Shown: in pieces, positions 7,992 to 15,018 of the stretch
Layout of the letters: every line of letters begins with the position of its first letter
Numbering within the stretch: the first letter of the stretch is position 1
IMG/VR virus record: IMGVR_UViG_3300001589_005208
DNA: 20,000 nt
Source: an uncultured virus (IMG/VR IMGVR_UViG_3300001589_005208)
Lineage: Duplodnaviria; Heunggongvirae; Uroviricota; Caudoviricetes
Direction: 5' to 3' (one strand)
Notes under the pieces: generated by a model
Databases searched by the model: none
What the model was told of the DNA's origin: nothing
What the model saw: the letters and a program-made list of their open reading frames with translations, nothing else
Made by a program: the position numbers and the translations under genes

Positions 7992-8450
7992 ATGGGACGT
8001 CCACTAAACAAGAGACTTTTTACAGGTGCAGTTGCAGGTGCTACTGCTGGTAAGAGCGAAATTAAAGTAAACTTTCACAATGGTACTGCTGTGGTTGAAG
8101 GTACAATTATTAAGCAAAAAGGTTCAAAGAAATTTGTATGTGCTGAAACAGGTACTGCTGATACAACACACACTTGCACACTAACAACTGGTAAATTATC
8201 ATCTGCTCTAGCAGCCGGTGAAATGTCAATTTCAGTTGACGGTAGCGACAGTGAAACTTATGGCGTAAGTAAAATTACTGCTCGTAAAATAACAGCCGCA
8301 CAACCAAGTGCAACAGGTTCAAATGCACTAAATGGTTTATCATTAAAGTGGGATTTTGCAGCCGCATCATCAGGTAAAGTACAACTTGAAGAAGCAGGTG
8401 ACGATGACGTTGCTAACACAGATGATGACGACTTTACAGAAGACGCTTAA
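7992..8450 (+). CDS. Hypothetical virion protein, candidate capsid decoration or accessory protein
   Basis: 152 aa with strong SD; beta-rich, basic N-terminus (MGRPLNKRLF) and acidic C-terminus; flanked by terminators, immediately after the capsid gene. Confidence 0.75.
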   Translation: MGRPLNKRLFTGAVAGATAGKSEIKVNFHNGTAVVEGTIIKQKGSKKFVCAETGTADTTHTCTLTTGKLSSALAAGEMSISVDGSDSETYGVSKITARKITAAQPSATGSNALNGLSLKWDFAAASSGKVQLEEAGDDDVANTDDDDFTEDA

Positions 8451-8467
8451 TCTGTCATAGATAACTT

Positions 8468-8498
8468 AGAGTTGCCTCTTCGGGGGCAACTTTATTTT
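8468..8498 (+). terminator. Intrinsic terminator with cUUCGg tetraloop
   Basis: AGAGTTGCCTC-TTCG-GGGGCAACTTT followed by ATTTT. Confidence 0.88.
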
Positions 8499-8529
8499 AG
8501 CATAAGTAATATAGATAACGTTTCATAAG

Positions 8530-8543
8530 ATGCTAAATAGCAT
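8530..8543 (+). promoter_or_regulatory. Late-promoter core TAAATA (8534-8539) embedded in the palindrome ATGCTA-AA-TAGCAT
   Basis: Read directly; lies 20 nt upstream of the ATG at 8560. Confidence 0.6.
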
Positions 8544-8559
8544 ATAGGACTGAATTACA

Positions 8560-9357
8560 ATGGCAAAAACGACTAAAAGAATTAATGGTGATTATGATTT
8601 AATCACAAATGATGGCACTACCGGAACAGTATTAATTGATTCTGGAACAGTAACTATCAATGGAAATTTGAATGTAACTGGTACACAAACTACAGTATCA
8701 ACAACAGATACTGCTGTTACAGATAACACACTTATACTAAACAGTGGAGAATCAGGTGCAGTTGTTACATCAGGAACTGCAGGTATTGAAATTGACAGAG
8801 GAACATCTGACAATGCAACTTGGCAGTTTAACGAAACAGGCGACACATTCGATGCTAAACTTGGAAGTGCGTATATAAACATACAAGCACTAGATCCAAC
8901 TGCGGCTGCTCACGTGGCAACAAAAAGTTATGTTGATACACAAGTAGGTGGTGGCGGAGCAATAGTTGATAGAATTACTGAAGGTGACAGTAAACTAGAA
9001 ATTATTGATGCAGGCGCTGATATAAAGCTCTTTCTTGAACTAGATGCAACACAAATAATGGAAGTTACATCAACTACACTTTCATATGCAAACGTATCTA
9101 TATCTGGAAACACTATTAGTAATAGTGCAACAGGTGAGGATTTAATTCTAGCAACAACTGGAACTGGTGAAGTAAAAACTGCTGAAGTACTAACATTAAC
9201 TGAACAGAGTGTAAATCCAACTGCACAATCAGGTGAAACAAGATTATATGCTAAAACACCAGGAGATGGTGGAAGTGGCATGTTTGTTGCCAATCAGGAT
9301 ACAACAGACGAACTAGTAACGAAATCAAAAGCGATTGCTTTTGGATTAATATTTTAA
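8560..9357 (+). CDS. Fibre-like virion structural protein
   Basis: Thr/Gly-rich; GNLNVTGTQTTV..T...D module, GIEIDRG, HVATKSYVD fibre motif; hydrophobic C-terminus KAIAFGLIF. Confidence 0.8.
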   Translation: MAKTTKRINGDYDLITNDGTTGTVLIDSGTVTINGNLNVTGTQTTVSTTDTAVTDNTLILNSGESGAVVTSGTAGIEIDRGTSDNATWQFNETGDTFDAKLGSAYINIQALDPTAAAHVATKSYVDTQVGGGGAIVDRITEGDSKLEIIDAGADIKLFLELDATQIMEVTSTTLSYANVSISGNTISNSATGEDLILATTGTGEVKTAEVLTLTEQSVNPTAQSGETRLYAKTPGDGGSGMFVANQDTTDELVTKSKAIAFGLIF

Positions 9358-9369
9358 AAGGTAACAATA

Positions 9370-9678
9370 ATGGCATTAGCACAAGCTCAATTAACAACAA
9401 GTACTGCCGCAATTTACACCAGTACCGGAAACACTGCAACAACTGTAATATTCTTTTGCAATACAAGTGCATCAGCAGTAACAGTTGATGTTTATGCAGT
9501 CCCAAATGCAGGAGCGGCATCGGCTACTACACAACTTATTTCAGAAATATCAATCAATGCTAAAGACACATATATGTTAAACTTAGAAAAGATTGTATTA
9601 GCAAATGGTGACAGTATTCATGCAAAAGCAAGTGCGGGTACTGCCGTAACTGCAACTGTAAGTTATGTAGGTATATAA
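9370..9678 (+). CDS. Small beta-sandwich virion protein, probable partner of the upstream fibre
   Basis: 102 aa of alternating beta-strand pattern (IYTS...VIFFCNTS...VTVDVY...KIVLANGDSI); tightly packed with its neighbours. Confidence 0.75.
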   Translation: MALAQAQLTTSTAAIYTSTGNTATTVIFFCNTSASAVTVDVYAVPNAGAASATTQLISEISINAKDTYMLNLEKIVLANGDSIHAKASAGTAVTATVSYVGI

Positions 9679-9679
9679 A

Positions 9680-10123
9680 ATGGCAAACTTTGTAAAGCAG
9701 TTTTCAATTCCATCATCTAATTTAATTAAAGGACCTTTGGATGCAGGTACACAACTTGCAGTTGGTACATCGGCAGAAAGAAGTTCAGATCCTTTAATTG
9801 GAGAAATTAGATATAATACCGATAATACTGTATTAGAAGTTTATGACGGAACGCAATACACTAACGTAGCCGGCGCAGGAAATGCCGCAATTACAAAAAC
9901 ATCAGTAGCAACAGGCGACGGAACTACAACAGCATTTACAAGTTTCTTTGCAACTGCACCTATTAGTGATCAAGCCGTTGTTATAGTAGTTGGAAACGTA
10001 GTACAAGAGCCAGGACAAGCATATACAACTTCCGGCACAACAACACTTACATTTACAAGTCCACCACCAAATGGACATAGAATCTACGGTATTGTAGGTT
10101 TTGATAGTGTAACTGCTATATAA
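9680..10123 (+). CDS. Small virion structural protein consisting of one copy of the shared fibre cassette
   Basis: VGTSAERS...GEIRYN...LEVYDG followed by GDGTTTAF...VGNVVQEP..AY..SGTTTLTFTSPP; starts 1 nt after the upstream stop. Confidence 0.8.
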   Translation: MANFVKQFSIPSSNLIKGPLDAGTQLAVGTSAERSSDPLIGEIRYNTDNTVLEVYDGTQYTNVAGAGNAAITKTSVATGDGTTTAFTSFFATAPISDQAVVIVVGNVVQEPGQAYTTSGTTTLTFTSPPPNGHRIYGIVGFDSVTAI

Positions 10124-10143
10124 ATTTCTTTTTGTTTTCTAAG

Positions 10144-10151
10144 TATAAATA
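10144..10151 (+). promoter_or_regulatory. T4-type late promoter TATAAATA (perfect consensus)
   Basis: Exact match to the T4 gp55-dependent consensus in an intergenic gap. Confidence 0.8.
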
Positions 10152-10154
10152 ACA

Positions 10155-10204
10155 TTATACCCAGGCACACCCGGGAATGAACAGTGGTGTAGGAAGAGAA
10201 TAAA
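10155..10204 (+). promoter_or_regulatory. Candidate structured 5' leader RNA upstream of the PKD-domain protein
   Basis: GC-rich island CCCAGG-CACA-CCCGGG (10160-10175) and downstream GGTGT (10186-10190) complementary to ACACC (10167-10171), next to the SD. Confidence 0.45.
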
Positions 10205-13200
10205 ATGGCAATAGGAAGAATTTCTGGTGCTATGCTCAAGAATAATCTTGAGAGATTAGGCACAGATCTATCATTTGAAACAGATTTATTATACCTCGAC
10301 GTAGCAAACAGTCGAATAGGTATAGGAACATCAACCCCCACAACAACATTACAAGCAGATAATGTAACGATTAGCGGATCTGCAATTAGAAGTGTAGCCG
10401 GTGACTTAGACTTAGGTACAGACGCAACTAATATTACTATTGGCGGCGGAAGTGCAGACTATGTTTTAACCACCGATGGCTCGGGTAATTTAACTTGGAA
10501 TTCGTTAGGTAATTTAGCATCAGGCGGTGGTGGCGGTCTGACAGGAATGGATGTTAGTTTATCTACACCCTCAGATTCAAGTTTAACACAATACGGTGCA
10601 ATTAATAGTTGGACTACGGCAACTAAAGTTACTAATTCAATTGACGATTTAAATGAACTATCTCGTAACGTTATTAATAATACAGCAGTAATAGACGCAG
10701 ACTTTACAGGAAGTCCTTTAACTGGTGGTGCTGGTATGAACGTTACTCTTAGTATTAGTTCAGATGGTAACGCCAATCAGTATGTAATTGATTGGGGAGA
10801 TGGAACATCTAATACAACAACTTCGTCTACTACTCCTAGTCACGTTTATGCAACTAACACCGGAAGCCCTTTTACAGTTACGGTTACGGCAAGTAACACC
10901 AGCGGTGAAGGTGCAGGAAGTTCATCACAAAAGGCAAGAACAAGTTATGTTACAATCTATACTGCTGACCCAGTAGTTAGTTTTGCAGCCTATGCCGCGG
11001 TAAGTGGCGGAAGTCCAATTACATATTGGGACGATGGTGCTACAGTATATTTTCAAAACAATACAACAAATACAACTGGAGCAACTGTTCAGTATACATA
11101 CGCATGGGGCGACGGTTCAAGCGATAACGTTGTTACATCAGACAGTGATGCAGGTGGCGTAACAGGAACACGATTAGCACATACATTTGCTACAAGCACA
11201 GAAACAGAAGTAAGTAGAACAGTTGAATTAACACTTGATTCTCATAGTACTGCGTTACCGAGTGCAGTACCGACTGACGATTCAGAAGTTGTAAAAATAT
11301 ATGATGATCACACACCAACAGTAGGATTAAGCGTCACAACAGGAATTAACGAAAGTGCAACCAGTGGCTTACCGGTTACGTTTACAAACAATACAGAAAA
11401 TACAATAGGCAACTATAGTACATACGGAATTCAATATGTGTATACATGGGGCGATGGCACAACACAAACAGTAAACACAGGAAATAATGGTAGTGGCGAT
11501 ACAGGGCAAACAATAAGTCACACTTATATACTAAGTGGTTCAGATCAAGCAAGTGGAACACCGCAAGATTATACAGGTAACTTGCGTGTTACTAGTAACC
11601 ATACAAGTAGTCCGTTTATAAGCACAAACTTTACAGTACATGTTGAGCCTGATGTAAGAGCAAACATCAGCGGAACTGCTAACAGAATTAGTGACAGAAG
11701 CGGTGACAATCAATATGACGTATATGATGGTGTAACTTATGACGGTGTAAATCATGCATTGGTTACAGTTACTAATACAACACAAAATGCAGATGACTAT
11801 GTTTATAACTGGAATGATGGCAGTTCAAACGATACAGTGACTGAAGACGGTTCAAGTGCTGGATCAATTGGGGCAACATTAGGACACGATTTTACTGGAG
11901 TAAGCACAGGAAACAAAACATTAAACTTTACTGCAAACGGAACACCAGATATTTCAGCACAAACAGATACTGATAGTTTAGTATTTCAAGTTAATGCAGT
12001 ACCGTCTGCTCCAAACGGATTAAGTGCAGAAAGTTTAACATTACAAGATAGTTATCAAGGAACAAGTCCAAAACTAGCACACGGCTTTACGGATAATAGT
12101 GCAACCAATCCACTAAGTGCAGGAGCAAGTCTAACAACAACTACTGCTAGAAGGTATACAAGTGGAACAATAGATACTAACAATGTTACTAACGTATATG
12201 ATGGAACTGCAGGTACACTTACTGCAACTATAAACGGTGCAGATGCTGGTAATAGAACATTTAGTACCGCACTTAATCAGACAGGTACAACAGGTGCTCT
12301 TATAGTTTCAGATCAAAGAGATGCACACGATACAATTAGTAGTTCAACATACCCAACAGGTTTTTATCAAACATTTGATGCAAAGATTACACAAGCAACA
12401 GGTAGTTATAGTGCCGGTGTAAACGATCAAAGACTTGAACACACAACAACAGGAAACACAAATTATGTATCTGTTATTATTGATAGTGTAACTAGTACAC
12501 CAACAGTTGATTTAAGTGGAGCAACACTTACAGAAGGATCAGTTACATATAATTATATTTCGGGTATTCCTTATTACAGTGCAGGTAGTACACTTACATT
12601 GAGTGGTGTTCAACTTTACGACTGGATCGGTCAAACGTATAGAGATACAAGTAGTGTTTTTACTATTGCTAATGGCACATCAGTTGGTGGTACAAGTGAT
12701 AGCATTATTTCAACACAGTATAAATCATATGCTAATCTTGAAGGAGCAAGTACTTACTTAGTAAGTAGTGTTCCAACTGCAAGTACAGGATTAAACAGTA
12801 GTAGCAAGTATGCAATAGGTGATCAAACAATTACACTCACAAGTTCAAGTGTAACTGCAAGTAGAAAACTCCAATTTAGAGCAACCAATGTAAATGGCAA
12901 TGGAAGTTACGCAGAATTAAACCAAGTTGTAACACTAGTAAGTGAAACACCAAGTGGTATTAGTGAATTTTCTATTCCAGTTGCTGACAGTTTAGGTAAC
13001 GGCGATTTTACTGATGATGGCGTAAGAATTAAAGACTTTTTAAGTGATACAACTGACACTCCGTCATTTACAGGTAGTACAAACTTTTATACAAATAGTC
13101 CTTATACAACTGCAGGAGCAACTTCAGTTAGTGGAACTAAAGAAGCAAGTGTTATTTTTGGTACATTAAAATATGATGTAACAGACCATAGTACTAGTTT

Positions 13201-13624
13201 ACCAGCAGGCCCTGATAGAAGCAGCGATACAGGTACGCAATACTTTACATTTGCTTTCCGTAGAAAAGTTGTTGCAAACTTTGATCTTAGCATTACTAGT
13301 TCTGGTGTAGCAGGTGTTTGGTTTGCAGCACCGGGTACGGGAATTGATAGTGCAAGTGGATTAAACGGATGGATTCCAGGTACGGCACAGTATGCTGGTG
13401 CAGGTGTTCCTGGAAGTGACACAGGCAACGGTGGTAACGGTGTGGACGGCGGTGCAAGTACAGGTGCAGACGTTATACCAACTGGTAGCAGTTTAAGTGG
13501 TGGATACACAATGACATTAGGTAGTGAAAATATGTCAAACGCAACAGGAAGTGTTGTACTAGTAAGAATTGCATTAACAAGTGGACAAAGTATTACCTCG
13601 CTTAGTATAGGGGAGGCAAGTTAA
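10205..13624 (+). CDS. Large virion fibre/adhesin protein with four PKD (Ig-like) domains
   Basis: 1139 aa, Thr/Ser/Gly-rich; Y.(I/Y).W(G/N)DG....H.(Y/F) PKD signatures at about 10793, 11105, 11447 and 11810; N-terminal fibre motifs LYLDVANSRIGIGTSTP and VLTTDGSGNLTW. Confidence 0.85.
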   Translation: MAIGRISGAMLKNNLERLGTDLSFETDLLYLDVANSRIGIGTSTPTTTLQADNVTISGSAIRSVAGDLDLGTDATNITIGGGSADYVLTTDGSGNLTWNSLGNLASGGGGGLTGMDVSLSTPSDSSLTQYGAINSWTTATKVTNSIDDLNELSRNVINNTAVIDADFTGSPLTGGAGMNVTLSISSDGNANQYVIDWGDGTSNTTTSSTTPSHVYATNTGSPFTVTVTASNTSGEGAGSSSQKARTSYVTIYTADPVVSFAAYAAVSGGSPITYWDDGATVYFQNNTTNTTGATVQYTYAWGDGSSDNVVTSDSDAGGVTGTRLAHTFATSTETEVSRTVELTLDSHSTALPSAVPTDDSEVVKIYDDHTPTVGLSVTTGINESATSGLPVTFTNNTENTIGNYSTYGIQYVYTWGDGTTQTVNTGNNGSGDTGQTISHTYILSGSDQASGTPQDYTGNLRVTSNHTSSPFISTNFTVHVEPDVRANISGTANRISDRSGDNQYDVYDGVTYDGVNHALVTVTNTTQNADDYVYNWNDGSSNDTVTEDGSSAGSIGATLGHDFTGVSTGNKTLNFTANGTPDISAQTDTDSLVFQVNAVPSAPNGLSAESLTLQDSYQGTSPKLAHGFTDNSATNPLSAGASLTTTTARRYTSGTIDTNNVTNVYDGTAGTLTATINGADAGNRTFSTALNQTGTTGALIVSDQRDAHDTISSSTYPTGFYQTFDAKITQATGSYSAGVNDQRLEHTTTGNTNYVSVIIDSVTSTPTVDLSGATLTEGSVTYNYISGIPYYSAGSTLTLSGVQLYDWIGQTYRDTSSVFTIANGTSVGGTSDSIISTQYKSYANLEGASTYLVSSVPTASTGLNSSSKYAIGDQTITLTSSSVTASRKLQFRATNVNGNGSYAELNQVVTLVSETPSGISEFSIPVADSLGNGDFTDDGVRIKDFLSDTTDTPSFTGSTNFYTNSPYTTAGATSVSGTKEASVIFGTLKYDVTDHSTSLPAGPDRSSDTGTQYFTFAFRRKVVANFDLSITSSGVAGVWFAAPGTGIDSASGLNGWIPGTAQYAGAGVPGSDTGNGGNGVDGGASTGADVIPTGSSLSGGYTMTLGSENMSNATGSVVLVRIALTSGQSITSLSIGEAS

Positions 13625-14910
13625 TGGCTATTTCAGATACCCAAAAAGTTGATTACTTATTTAAAAAATTAGGTTTTGCAGTTAGTAAAACTGATACAAA
13701 TGCATCAAAGGCAGCGGCTAACGAATCAATAGCAAGTCCGATGTTAGTACGTGGGGATAAAGTATGGCAATCAGCCGGTAGTATTCCTGGAACTATACCT
13801 TCCACTAGTGCTACACCGGTAACGGTATATACAAGTTCAGCACCTGTTGAATGTACTGAAGATGTAACTTCAACAGCAAACAGAACTTGGAAGACAGGTA
13901 CAACTGATTGGATACCGCCAGAGTTTGGAAGTACTTATTTGGTTAGTGTTTATGTACATACTGCTAGTTCTCCGGGTAGTGCCGCAGTAATTGGTAATAA
14001 AGTTTTTGCTGGTGGTAGTGGTAGTAATGATGAATGGTTTTTTGATTATCAATCTGGAGTACTACATTTTATTGGTACAAACTTACCAGCAGGTAAAAAC
14101 TTTTCTGGAGCAAGTGTTTATATTACAGGTGCAAGGTATACAGGCACATTTGGAGTAGGTTCAGCACCAGGTTCAGACACACAGGTTGCAAGTTTAGATG
14201 TTAGCGGATCAACTATTACACCAACTAACAGTGGTGATGATATTGTATTACAACCACAAGGAGCAGGTGTAGTTGATATTGATGCAACTACGGCACTGAT
14301 TATTCCAGTAGGAACATCAGCACAACGTCCAGGAACACCATTAGACGGAATGATAAGATTCAACGATGATGATGACAAAGTTGAAGTATATGACGGTGCT
14401 GATTGGGTCCAAGTTGGAGCAAGTACAGGAGCCATTAGTACACAGGCATTTGCTGGAGATGGTACTACAACTGCATTTACACTTAATAGTGCGGCAGATA
14501 GTGCAACTGTAATGGTAACACTTAATGGTGTTGTACAAGAGCCAACCCAAGCGTATAGCGTTAGCGGAACAACATTAACATTTACCGGAGCACCAGTAAC
14601 TGGCGATAGAATTGAAGTTAGAAAACTAGGACTTGTAACTACTATTAGAGGAATGTCAGATTCAGANAGTGATACTAGAATACAAGTTGAAGAAGGCGCA
14701 GATGACGATACAATACGTTTTGATGCAGCCGGTACCGAAGTACTTGCATTAGAAAACAGCAAAAGTGCATTTAGTAATGCAGTACAGTTAGCAAGTATGA
14801 CAACAACGCAACGTAACGCTCTTACAGCAGCCAATGGAATGGTTATTTATAATACAACTACAAATAAATTCCAAGGTTATGCAAATAGTGTTTGGGTAGA
14901 TTTCCATTAA
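13624..14910 (+). CDS. Virion structural/fibre protein, translationally coupled to the PKD protein
   Basis: TAATG stop/start overlap at 13622-13626; carries the PVGTSAQRP..GMIRFN + NGVVQEP cassette and a terminal MTTTQRNAL..NGMVIYN..KFQGY module. Confidence 0.85.
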   Translation: MAISDTQKVDYLFKKLGFAVSKTDTNASKAAANESIASPMLVRGDKVWQSAGSIPGTIPSTSATPVTVYTSSAPVECTEDVTSTANRTWKTGTTDWIPPEFGSTYLVSVYVHTASSPGSAAVIGNKVFAGGSGSNDEWFFDYQSGVLHFIGTNLPAGKNFSGASVYITGARYTGTFGVGSAPGSDTQVASLDVSGSTITPTNSGDDIVLQPQGAGVVDIDATTALIIPVGTSAQRPGTPLDGMIRFNDDDDKVEVYDGADWVQVGASTGAISTQAFAGDGTTTAFTLNSAADSATVMVTLNGVVQEPTQAYSVSGTTLTFTGAPVTGDRIEVRKLGLVTTIRGMSDSXSDTRIQVEEGADDDTIRFDAAGTEVLALENSKSAFSNAVQLASMTTTQRNALTAANGMVIYNTTTNKFQGYANSVWVDFH

Positions 14911-14959
14911 ATTTTATTCGTTAAAACGTTAACGTAGTAGTAATAAACCACACGACCTT

Positions 14960-14967
14960 TATAAATA
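14960..14967 (+). promoter_or_regulatory. T4-type late promoter TATAAATA (perfect consensus)
   Basis: Exact consensus in the gap upstream of the 1128-aa fibre; SD GAGGAG at 15003-15008. Confidence 0.8.
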
Positions 14968-15018
14968 CAGTTGGTCCGACCAAACCAATAAACCATAATA
15001 AAGAGGAGTGATTCACTT

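Noticed and set aside
10788..10976. 62-aa + strand ORF in an alternative frame inside the PKD gene
   Set aside because: Short, nested, and without a convincing SD or recognisable motif; consistent with chance.
10205..13624. Cellular surface-layer protein or archaeal adhesin (PKD repeats) indicating host DNA
   Set aside because: No signal peptide; the N-terminus has phage fibre motifs, and the gene sits behind a phage late promoter within the virion gene cluster.
1066..14667. Ambiguous bases (n at 1066 and 14667) as possible stops or recoding sites
   Set aside because: They fall at third codon positions of TTN (Phe/Leu) and GAN (Asp/Glu); neither can be a stop, and they are likely assembly or population ambiguities.
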